In this document: positions 1 through 9,683 of the stretch, piece by piece
Position numbering within the stretch: the stretch's first letter is position 1
Layout of the letters: every line of letters starts with the position of its first letter
Source: Paraspadella gotoi
Taxonomy: Eukaryota; Animalia; Chaetognatha
Assembly (NCBI GenBank): GCA_051294375.1
Contig: CM119265.1
Location: 27,311,643-27,325,253, forward strand
Direction: 5' to 3'
DNA length: 13,611 nucleotides
Made by a program: the position numbers and the translations under genes
Notes under the pieces: generated by a model
What the model was told of the DNA's origin: nothing
What the model saw: only the letters and a program-made list of their open reading frames with translations
Database searches by the model: none

Positions 1-28
1 GAGAGAGAGAGAGAGAGCGAGAGAGAGA
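1..28. repeat. (GA)n microsatellite, truncated by window edge
   Basis: GAGAGA run with one C interruption, read directly. Confidence 0.95.
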
Positions 29-65
29 AATTCAAGGACGTCGAGGAAGGAAAGAAGAGGAACAA

Positions 66-68
66 AAA

Positions 69-127
<59 letters not shown>

Positions 128-130
128 ATA
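66..130. repeat. (AAAT)n microsatellite, about 16 units
   Basis: Perfect AAAT run. Confidence 0.97.
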
Positions 131-375
131 TTTATTTTAAATTAAGATGAATAGAAGTTGAGTAAGAAGTGAGGTAAGGTACGTTTCAGATTAAAGAAGA
201 AAAAGAAAGGTAAGGCATCGTTCAGTTCTCCGTAAAAAAACATAATTTGGAATTGAAGATTTATGATTAAACATTAAACAAGGAACAATAAAAGTGCAAA
301 CAAGAGAAGGTGGATCTCGCGCGTTGAACGACAACGACGACGACAACAACAACAACAACGAGGTCGTCGCGGTCA

Positions 376-451
376 GCGTCGACGCCTTTCACGAGGTCGT
401 TGACACGTGCGTCGACACGCCGGCGCGCGGGCGTCGACGCGTGTCGACGAT
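376..451. repeat. CpG-dense imperfect inverted repeat flanked by (AAC)/(GAC) triplet runs
   Basis: 396-416 pairs with 433-451 (2-nt bulge, G-T pairs); GCGTCGACGCC 376-386 is the reverse complement of 430-440; four GTCGAC sites. Confidence 0.75.
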
Positions 452-1019
452 GACGACGATGATGACGACGACGACGACGACGATGAGTGGACATCGACTG
501 TTCGATAAAAAGACAAAAGAAAAAAAGTATTGAATTTTAACGACTGTTTACTGACGAGAGGAGAGGGAGAGAGGGAGAGGGAGAGACGGAGAGAGAGAGA
601 AGGAGAGAGGGAGAAGGAAAAAGAGAGGTAGAGAAAGAGGAAATTGAGAGAAAGGAATGGAGGAAAGGAAAGAGAATAAGAGGAGGAAAAGATTAAAAAA
701 GAAGGTTAAGTGAGGAGATAAAAAGGAGAGAAAAAAGATAAGCGATGGTGAGCGACTCTTGTCTCTCTATGTGACGTCTGTAAAAGAGTGACCATGGGAG
801 ATTGAAAGAGAGAAAGAAAGTTAAAATGAAAGAAAAAAGTTATGAGAAAAGAAAAAAGAATAAATGTATACATGAAAAATTAATAAAAATCAATAAAAGA
901 TAAAATAATTTTTGTATAAAAAAAGTAGAGATAATTGTGATCAAAAATGAGATCATTGATTAATGTGATTTCAGGTTTTGTTTCTATTTTTCGGAAGCAA
1001 TTTGTCGAAGTCACTGTTA

Positions 1020-1071
1020 TCGTCGTCGTCGTCGTCGTCGTCGTCGTCNNNNNNNNNNTCGTCGTCGTCGT
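1020..1071. repeat. (GTC)n microsatellite broken by a 10-N gap (1049-1058)
   Basis: GTC run on both sides of the Ns. Confidence 0.95.
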
Positions 1072-1413
1072 TATCTTTCACGCCCGCTGCTCCGAATTAT
1101 CATTTCACTTCCGAAATCAAAAGAAAAGAAAATCCACCGACAAAAGAGAAAGAAAAACAAAAGAAAAACAAAAGACAAAAAAGACAGAAAAGACAAAAAA
1201 ACAAAAGACGAGAAAAGAAAACAAAAAAGTTGTTTTCGTTAGAGAACAAGAAGACGAATTCGTTTTGTGACGTAATTGAGTCACTAAGTCAGATCAGTAG
1301 GTCTTTTTTTTTCCGCTTGTCTTTCTGTCCGTCTGTCTGTGAGCTTATGTCTCTGTCTGTCAGTCAGTTATTCCGTAAGTCATTCTTCCTTTTTTATCCG
1401 TCATTCGGGGAAG

Positions 1414-1449
<36 letters not shown>
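1414..1449. repeat. (TCA)n microsatellite running into an assembly gap
   Basis: 12 TCA units, then Ns. Confidence 0.95.
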
Positions 1450-1684
1450 NNNNNNNNNNNNNNNNNNNNNNNNNNNNNNNNNNNNNNNNNNNNNNNNNNN
1501 NNNNNNNNNNNNNNNNNNNNNNNNNNNNNNNNNNNNNNNNNNNNNNNNNNNNNNNNNNNNNNNNNNNNNNNNNNNNNNNNNNNNNNNNNNNNNNNNNNNN
1601 NNNNNNNNNNNNNNNNNNNNNNNNNNNNNNNNNNNNNNNNNNNNNNNNNNNNNNNNNNNNNNNNNNNNNNNNNNNNNNNNNNNN
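1450..1684. other. Assembly gap (235 N)
   Basis: N run. Confidence 0.99.
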
Positions 1685-2099
1685 TGAGAAGACAGAGGAT
1701 GAGACGGGAAGCGAACTGGAGACAAGACGGGGTTTAGACGGGAAAGGGAAGCGAGTATTTAACAGTATTTTGATTTAAAAAAATAATAAAAGTATTTTTC
1801 TCCTAACAAAGTTTATAGAGGAAAAAGAATGAAATGATAAAACGACGCAAAATATATCAGAATATTTGCTGACAAATCCAAAATTGTTTAAAATTTACAT
1901 GATTTTGGAGAAACGTGCACATTTGTTAAACAAGTTTACGCTATAACTGATTCCTGAGTGCCATTCCCGGAGAGAGTTTTTCAAGACCTTTCTTATTTTT
2001 ATTTATCTTTAATTGGTCAATAAAAAGGTAGAGGAAAAAATCTTAAAGAGAATAAAAAGAAAACAAAGAAAGAATAAAGCATTGGTTTGCACCGAAAGA

Positions 2100-2300
2100 A
2101 ACGAGAATGAAAGAATGAGAATCTCCACCAATCAGGGATGAAAATAAATAGAACGAGAATGAAGAAAGAGAATGAAGAACGAGAATGAAAAGAATGAAGA
2201 ATGAGAATGAACAATGCAGGGTGAAAATGAGAAACCGAGAAAATTGAAAGAATGGAATCGAAAAATCTAACAATGAAGAATGAAAAATGAAAAAAATGGA
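2100..2300. repeat. Degenerate GAATGA/GAGAATGAA purine-rich repeat
   Basis: Many recurrences of GAATGA(A), e.g. ACGAGAATGAA three times. Confidence 0.7.
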
Positions 2301-2554
2301 GATAACCAATGAAAGTAACGATGGAGGGACACAAATCATGCCGTCGGGATGAAATTGGTGAGCGACAAACGCTACGGCGACAGAGTCGGGAAATCATCAT
2401 CAACTCGCTAAACAAAAATCTTATTAAATTTATAAATTTATAAATGATAAATTGATCTTTCTAATATTATTATTCACACGTTGCCGACACTATATATTCA
2501 CCGGTACGCAAATCTAAAAAAAACTCGAAATATCACCAGGCTAAGGCTATACCT

Positions 2555-2637
2555 CAAACCCTAATCCTAAAACCCTAATCCCTAACTTAACTCTCTAACC
2601 GTATACTTATGAGGCTTACCCTAATCTCTAACCCCTA
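2555..2637. repeat. Degenerate interstitial telomere-like (CCCTAA) array
   Basis: Exact CCCTAA at 2559, 2573, 2580 and 2619, plus CCTAA, CTTAA and CTCTAA variants. Confidence 0.65.
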
Positions 2638-3499
2638 TATCTCTATCGCTTATTCTTTAGAGATACCCTTTAACTATCAAACTTTTATAATTCCCTTTTA
2701 AGATGAAATATCGCAAAATAAGTCCATATATTTGACCTCGGTTGGTCAAAGATATACCATTTTTGTGAACACAACTTTTTCATTTGGCATTAGGGCAAGG
2801 AAAGTTAAGAGGCACAACAAAATTTAGGTACATAATTTAACTAAAGTTGTTTTTTATTTTAAAAACTTTTTTGCTTCATATACATTACTCTCTCTCGTCT
2901 CTCTCTCTCGTCTGTCAGTCTCCTCTCTCTCTCTCTCTCCCTTCTTCTGCACACATAACATTTAGGTCTCTTTTCAAAAACTGTATAACCGTGCCGATGC
3001 AGGCTTGAAATAAAAGCCGCAAAGTCCGTTTTGTATTAAAAAACTAAAAACCGTTACAAAAACTAATTCACAACCTTTTTTACTAAATAAAACCGGAATG
3101 AAATTTATTCAATTTGTGAAATTGGAAATTCATGAAATATCGCTTGGAAAAATATCCCCATAAGTCTTTTCCGCGCTCGAGCTAATGTGACTTTGACAAA
3201 TACGTGTTTTATTGAAAACGGCGGTCTCCCCATTAAAAACCCATTGGATCGACGTCGGCCTTTTCTTCATAAACTCAGTGATCCCTTCACACCCCATAAA
3301 AACGAGATAAAAGGGAAAAACGGCGTTCGTTTCATTTCGCGTCCACATGAAGCGAAACAAAACGCGCCTCCTCGCGGCCGCAAAGAACATCACACGCAGA
3401 GCTGAAAAAAATGCCGACCGGCGAAAAAATATACATTTTGGAATCGTGAAGACAGAGAGCAATTTAAGTGCAGACGGAGAGGTCGAGTCGATGCCCTAG

Positions 3500-3810
3500 C
3501 CTCCTTCCTTTCCCTTCCTCTAGTCGCTTCTTCCAGTTCCTTTCTCTCCTGTCCCTCTTCTTCCTCCCTCTCTTCCTCCAACTCCCCCCTTCTGCCCTAC
3601 ACTCTTTCCTCCTCTCCCTCTCTCCTCTCTCCCTCATCTCTCCTCTCCCACCATTCATACCTTCCTCTCCACACTCGCTCTATCCCTTTGCTCATCTATT
3701 CCTCAACTCTAGCCTTCTCTCTCTTCCTTCCACATCAACATTGCCTTCTCTTGCTTCTTACCATCCGTCATCAACGCTTTCCAGATCTTCTCTCTCTCTC
3801 TCTCTCTCCG
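3500..3810. repeat. Pyrimidine-rich (CT/CCT) low-complexity tract
   Basis: Almost purely C/T, ending in a (CT)n run. Confidence 0.9.
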
Positions 3811-4262
3811 ACTTTAACGATCACTTCTCGCGGTCGTCTTTCCTCTTTAATGAAGGAAAAAAAAAATTGGGATTCTCAGATTCGAAAAGATGAAACGAAA
3901 CTTTTTTGTTCTTTTTTTTTTTTAGAGAGAGAGAGGAAGAGGAGAGAAAGAAGAGGAGAGAGAGAGTTCGCAAAAACTGAGCCTCTTTTACAGCCGAACA
4001 TCCTTCTTTTTTTGCCTTCAACAGACGAAGCCACGACAAAAATGACAAACGGCGTTGCTACAAGACCATTTCCGCAAAAATATATTTGAGAAAAGAAATG
4101 AAACAAAAAATGAAAAAAATGTGTTTGATGACAACGAACGGGTAAGCAGATGATAAATAATGACAATGACGGTAATAACTCCATGAATAGAGAAGCGCTA
4201 AACGCGGAAAGTAAAAATATTAGTATTGCCCGATCTAATCTTAAGGGAGGTGGTCATTTGAT

Positions 4263-4514
4263 CAATTGAAAACCATTCTTTGAAACATACCACTTCAATT
4301 TATGGGAAGCCAAATACTATGGGAGTGAATAAACCGAGAAACTGTGAGAGTAGTCTTGATTGAAAAGCTCTGCAGGGACCTGCCTATTATCTTGTAATAG
4401 TGATGGAGGCCTTAAAGAACCACCCCCCCAAAAGCCTGTCCAATAGTCAGGGGCAAGATAGCTTAATTTATTAAATGAAATGGATAATTTTTAAAATAAG
4501 GTTGTAACCAATTT
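4263..4514 (+). ncRNA. Copy A of a conserved, putatively structured element (candidate ncRNA or UTR element, family unknown)
   Basis: Homologous to 12596-12793. Identical blocks: TTTGAAACAT 4279-4288, ATTATCTTGT 4386-4395, AGTGATGGAGGCCTTAAA 4399-4416, AGTCAGGGGCAAGATAGCTTA 4445-4465. Stems 4291-4296/4322-4327 and 4387-4395/4453-4461. The homology is firm; RNA function and strand are inferred. Confidence 0.4.
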
Positions 4515-4739
4515 CCATGCAGTAGGTGATGATAGCAAAAGCGAGACACTGATAAAGAAAAAAAAGATGACAAAACGTCTGTGTCGATAAAAACGCCCGA
4601 CACTGACGGTTTTATAAAATTAACGAGGACGAATGATGAAAAGCAATAATGACGACTACGACAGGCGTATATTCGCTAAGTAAAGTTCAAAAAGATGGGC
4701 AAATATTTTTTTTTTTTAAAAGTTTTTGGTGGAAGAGCG

Positions 4740-4884
4740 AAAAAAAAAAAAGAAAGGGGGAGGAGAGAGAGAGAGAGGAGATAGAGAGAGGAGAGAAAGG
4801 AAGAGGAAAGAGAAGAGATGAGAGAGAGAGAGAGAGAGAGAGGTAGGAGAGGAAGTAGAGAGAGAGAGATGAGAGAGAGAGAGA

Positions 4885-4922
<38 letters not shown>

Positions 4923-5000
4923 AGAAGAGATGAGAAGAATGAGAGAGAGAGAGGGGAGAGATGAGAAAGAGAGAGAGAGAGAGAAGAAAGGAAAAGGTGA
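4740..5000. repeat. (GA)n-rich polypurine tract
   Basis: Interrupted GA repeats over about 260 bp. Confidence 0.95.
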
Positions 5001-6381
5001 GGCAATAAAAAAAGGAGGATGGAATATCTTCTCCGATCTTGTAATTCGCCGGCAAAAATAAGGCCAAAATCATTTGCCATATACGGTAGCAGACCCTAAA
5101 AAAATATCAAATTTTAAAATTGGGAACAGCATTAAAACTAAATCCATTATTGGTATTAATTATTGTATTAAAAATATATTTTTTTGAAAAAAATGTTTCG
5201 AACATCAGGAGTAAATATGTCCGCGTATTTAATATTATTATATGCAGCTAATATAATGTTCAAAATTTTTATTTTTTGATATTCTTAAGTTTTTTTAATA
5301 TTGAATTCTGATAGAGCTTAAAAAGTTAAGCAAAAATATAATTACAAACTTTTTAAATTTTTTTGATGTTTTTAATTACCTTAAAATTAGTAAAAAAAAC
5401 TTGCTAAAAATTCATCAGGGATCATGATGATTTGATGGATGATGATTTTTTATCAGGGTTTTTCTTTCCTTCCTTTCCCCAGTTTTGACCCTCCACTTAT
5501 CTATCAAGAAAATATCTGAAAAAAGAATTAAATAACTTTGTGTAGAACAACTTTTTATAAGAGCTATCTGAATCTGCTTTTTTAAAAAAAAAATATTCAA
5601 AATTTTAAAAAAAAAAATTTTTGACATTGTTCTTTATCTATAAATTAAATATTAAAAAATTAAATTACATAATTGCTCTCTTAAGTCTCATTTAGAAAAA
5701 TTTTATTTTGGTCCATTGAAAGTTTTCCTCAGAATGTATGGAAGTTACAATTTTGGGCAAGGTTCCCAATATCAAAAGACTTCCCTTCCTGACCCCACCC
5801 CATTGACAAAGTTTGGCTCTCCAATAGTCGCGGCCGGATCGGTGGTCGTCGTCGTCGTCAATATATCGTCGTCGTCCGAGTCGTCGTTCCGTTTTTGGTC
5901 GACTTCGTCGTGTTGTTTTTTTTTTCGTCGCGTTTTTTCGCCGCTGCGGGTCGTCGTTAGCCCGCCGAAAAATCTCTCTCCCCGAGAAAGAAACCCTGGG
6001 AGAGATTCGTGTCCCTGCTCTCGTCCTCTGTCCCGTCGGTCATATCTTCTCTCTCCCGTCTCTCCTTCTTCTCTCTTCTCCCTCGTCCCTCGTCTCTCTC
6101 ATCTCTCCTCTGCTTCTTCGCTTTCCTCTCCCTCTTTAATTCCGTCTTATAAATTTTCATCGTTCACCTGGAGGAGATTTATTCTCTGGCAGAAGAAAAT
6201 GAAGGGAGATAAAATCGAAAGAAGAAGAAAAATTAAGATTTTCGACCGATTTGTGTTTTTTTTGTTTTCTTTGTTTATTTGTTTTTCTTTTTTCTGTTTC
6301 TTTCTTCTTTTTTTTTTTTCCTTCTGCTTATGACTTTTTAGATATTTTCCTGGGTGGAGAAGAGACGGTGGAACGACGAAA

Positions 6382-6432
6382 CGACGACGACGACGACGAC
6401 GACGACGACAGACGACGACGACTGACGACGAC
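6382..6432. repeat. (GAC)n microsatellite, interrupted
   Basis: GAC run with two interruptions. Confidence 0.93.
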
Positions 6433-6697
6433 GGACAACGAAAAACGAACCACAGGGTGGTTCCATCCTTTCATTTCCACTTTGTCCTCGGCTTACGCGC
6501 TAAACTGGTCTTTTGTCAAATTGAGACGCAGTATGAGAGAGAGAAGAGAGGAGAGAGAGAGATTGAGAGAAGAGAGAGGAAGAGAGAGAGAGGAGAACGA
6601 ATTGAGGTCAATTTTCTCCTTATCGCCTCCAGTTCTTTTCGTCATTAGCGAATTTTAATTCGCGTCGACGAATTTTTCACGGTTCGACATTCGACTC

Positions 6698-6801
6698 GGA
6701 GATAGAGAGATAGAAGATAGAAGATAGAAGATAGAATATCGAAGATTAGAAGGATCAGAAGATAGAGGATAGAAGTTAGAAGATTTAGAGGATAGAAGAT
6801 C
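6698..6801. repeat. (GATAGAA)n heptamer tandem repeat, decaying 3'
   Basis: Four perfect GATAGAA units followed by variants. Confidence 0.85.
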
Positions 6802-7001
6802 AAAAGAGTCAAGGTTGATATTTTTTAGAATTTATCATGTATTTTTTGGAAATTGTTCGGCATTTTGAGCAAATTTTTTTGGCCGATTTAGGATTTTTGA
6901 AAAAATTCTGGATTTAGTGATGAAAAGGATTTAACTCGGTTAGGGAATTGGTACAGTAATTTTGAATTTTAATGATTTAAGATTTTAAATATTTAAAAAT
7001 T

Positions 7002-7026
7002 NNNNNNNNNNNNNNNNNNNNNNNNN
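7002..7026. other. Assembly gap (25 N)
   Basis: N run. Confidence 0.99.
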
Positions 7027-7260
7027 TAAAGGTTTAAAGATTTAAAGATTTAAAGAATTAAAGACTTAAAGATTAAAAGATTTAAAGATTTAAAGATTTA
7101 AAGGTTTAAAGATTTGAAGATTTGAAGATTTGAAGATTTGAAGATTTGAAGATTTGAAGATTTAAAGGTTTAAAGGTTTAAAGGATTAAAGATTTAAAGA
7201 TTTAAAGATTTAAAGATTTAAAGATTTAAAGAGTTTAAGATTTTAAGATATAAAGATTTA
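7027..7260. repeat. 8-bp minisatellite (TAAAGATT)n, about 29 units
   Basis: 8-bp period with blocks of TGAAGATT and TAAAGGTT variants; degenerate units also occur before the gap. Confidence 0.95.
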
Positions 7261-7514
7261 TACATTCAGGATTTACAAATTTACGATTGGTCAATCATCG
7301 CGGATTTTTATTTACCGAATTTTGTAGGTGTCGTCGTCGTCGTCGCGTCGATCGTTGTCGTGTTAGTCGAGTTGTTTCGTCGTCGTCATTTCCCTTACAA
7401 TCCTTTTTTTTGTTTTTAAACAATTACGAATGTCGACGACTGGCCGGACGACGATGACGAAAAATTCCGGCAGTTAGTCACTGATCTCCGATAACGGACG
7501 ACGACGCATATTCT

Positions 7515-8762
7515 CTCGAGAGCATTCGCAGACGAAAAGGAAAAAACGTGACCACTTTGCCACGTCCATTTGACACCATTCAAGACAATGACATGGCACG
7601 CAAAAGCAACATGACTTTGATTAACATGACAATGACATGGGCAACCTCTTGAAGATCGTCGTCTCCTCTTCAAAAAGAATCAACCAGGCCACGACGTCTC
7701 ATCCATCTTCCTCTCTCGATCTCTCATCTCTCTCTTTCGTCGTCTCTGTTCTCTCTCTCTCTCTCTTATCTCTCTCTCTCTCTCTCTCTTCTCTCCATTT
7801 TCTCTTATTTTGTCGCTATTCTTTTTCTCTTTCTTTTCCTACCCCATTTCTTCTCCTTCACTTCCGCAAGAAAATTGCGATCGTGACTTATCGAACAAAA
7901 GGGAATCGAATCCACGAGGTGAAAGTGCGAAGGCGCGATGACGAACGATCGGCGGAAGAAGAACGAACAGACCTAGTGACAATTAACAGAGGAAGACGAT
8001 ACAAACTAGAAATCGTGTGGTCTCTTCTCTCTCTTCCTCTCGTCTTCTCTTCTCTCTCTCTCTCTCTCGCTCGTCCTCTCTCTCTCTCTCTCTTCTCTCC
8101 TCTTCTCTCTCNNNNNNNNNNNNNNNNNNNNNNNNNATCCCCGACTTCGGCCGGTACGAAAGAAGAAAGCCTCGTGACACTTTCGTCCACGTCATTACAC
8201 ATCTCGAACAAGACAGCAGGCCTCCTGTCATTGGAACATGGGCTACGAAGGAACATGACCTTGACGATGTAAACGTGATCAAAACATGTACATGGCAACC
8301 TCTTGAAGATCGTCGCTCCTCTTCAAAAAAGATCAACCAGGCCACGAACGTTCATCCATCGTCTCTCTCTCAGTCTCTCTCTCTCTCTCTTTCCTCAGCT
8401 CTCTGTTCTCTCTCTCCTCTCTTCAGTCTCTCTCTCTCTCCTCTCTCTTCTGCGCCATCTTCTTCCTTTTTATTTTGTCCTTTCTTCTCTTCTGTTTTCA
8501 CCCATTTCTCTCCTTCTACTTCCGAAGAAAATTGCGATCGTGAACTTATTCGAACAAAAGCGGAATCGAATCCACGAGTGTGGCGAAGGCGAGATTGACG
8601 AACGTCGGCGGAAGAAGACACGAACGACCTAGTGGACATAAACAAGGAAGACGATACACAAAGGAACATCGTGTGTCTCTTCTCTCTCTCCTCTCTCTCG
8701 TCTTCTCTCTCTCTCCTCCTATCCCGTCGTCTCTCTCTCTCTCTTCTCTCCTCTTCTCTCTC
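7515..8762. repeat. ~600 bp tandem duplication (7515-8111 / 8137-8762) separated by a 25-N gap (8112-8136); probably artefactual
   Basis: Shared GGCAACCTCTTGAAGATCGTCG, ATCAACCAGGCCACGA, AAGAAAATTGCGATCGTGA and GGAATCGAATCCACGAG, and the same TCTTCTCTCCTCTTCTCTCTC end; differences are mostly 1-nt indels. Confidence 0.92.
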
Positions 8763-8766
8763 GTAG

Positions 8767-8826
8767 TATTAAAAGGAGAGCCGAGAGCAAAAGTAGTGGG
8801 AAAAAAGCGAAAAAGTGAGGCGACAC
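8767..8826 (+). CDS. Candidate 60-nt phase-1 internal exon (xLKGEPRAKVVGKKRKSEAT), product unknown
   Basis: Long pyrimidine tract then TAG acceptor at 8766; GTAAAT donor at 8827; length is a multiple of 3; only one frame is open; synonymous-type similarity to 13005-13025. Confidence 0.25.
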
Positions 8827-9233
8827 GTAAATGAAAAAAGAAAGGAATACAAGTATATTAAGAAAGCGAGAATATAGGGAAACAGGAGAGGAAAAGAAAT
8901 ATTGTTTTTTACTACTTTTTAATTTTTTTCTCAGTATCATTTTTTACAAATATTTTTTTTTAACCTTCCCGAAATTTGAAATTTGCGACAGTTAAGATGG
9001 AGACTGTCAAGAGAGAGAGGAGAGGAGAGGGATGAGATGAGAGAGAGTGAGAGAGGAGAGGCAGAGATTGGAGAGAGATAGAGAGGAGGAGAGAGGAGAG
9101 AGAGAGAGAGAGAGAGAAATACATAGAAAGGCGGATCAAAAAGATTTTTTGTGTGGGCGAGAGCGATTAATCATTTAGTGGTGAAAGGTTTTTTGGATGG
9201 AAACTAAAAATAGGCCATCTTTGAAAAAAGGGA

Positions 9234-9275
<42 letters not shown>
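9234..9275. repeat. (GAC)14 perfect microsatellite
   Basis: 14 units counted. Confidence 0.97.
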
Positions 9276-9276
<1 letters not shown>

Positions 9277-9448
9277 TAAGCGTCACGTAAACGACAAAAT
9301 CATTTTAGGGTAAGGGTTTTGTGTGAGTGGGGTGAGGCTGAAGGTGGGGTGAGGTAAGGAGGTGGGGAAATTTAAAGAGAGAAAGAAATAGAAAGAAAAG
9401 AAGAAAGAATAAAGAAAAAGAGAAAAACCAAGAAAGAGATTGAATGAG

Positions 9449-9476
9449 AGAAAGAAAGAAAGAAATAAAGAAAGAA

Positions 9477-9559
<83 letters not shown>

Positions 9560-9650
9560 AAACAGAGAGAAAGAATAAAATAAATGAATGAATGAATGAA
9601 TGAATGAATGAATCAATGAATCAATCAATCAATCAATCAATCTATCAATA

Positions 9651-9682
<32 letters not shown>

Positions 9683-9683
9683 A
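9449..9683. repeat. Compound tetranucleotide array AAAG-AAAT-GAAT-CAAT-AAAG
   Basis: Successive blocks; longest is (AAAT)n at about 9475-9560. Confidence 0.95.

Noticed and set aside
947-1778. ORFs 947-1270, 978-1778, 1339-1737 and 1447-1725
   Set aside because: Built from microsatellites, A-rich tracts and N gaps
2960-3462. Non-repetitive segment with ORFs 3130-3462 and 3187-3405 and a short hairpin at 3323-3365
   Set aside because: No recognisable domain or splice framework, and the stem is only 5-6 bp; possibly a TE remnant or noisy read, but unsupported
4399-4465. SECIS or C/D snoRNA reading of GTGATGG...AAA
   Set aside because: No 3' GA to complete the SECIS quartet, helix II is not conserved in copy B, and there is no downstream CTGA D box within the element
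5716-6333. 205-aa + strand ORF
   Set aside because: Non-ATG start and Ser/Phe/Leu low complexity; looks like an antisense shadow
9197-9313. Small ORF METKNRPSLKKG-polyR with a GTAAG donor after (GAC)14
   Set aside because: The poly-Arg is just the microsatellite, and the available acceptors are not phase-compatible with the 8767-8826 exon
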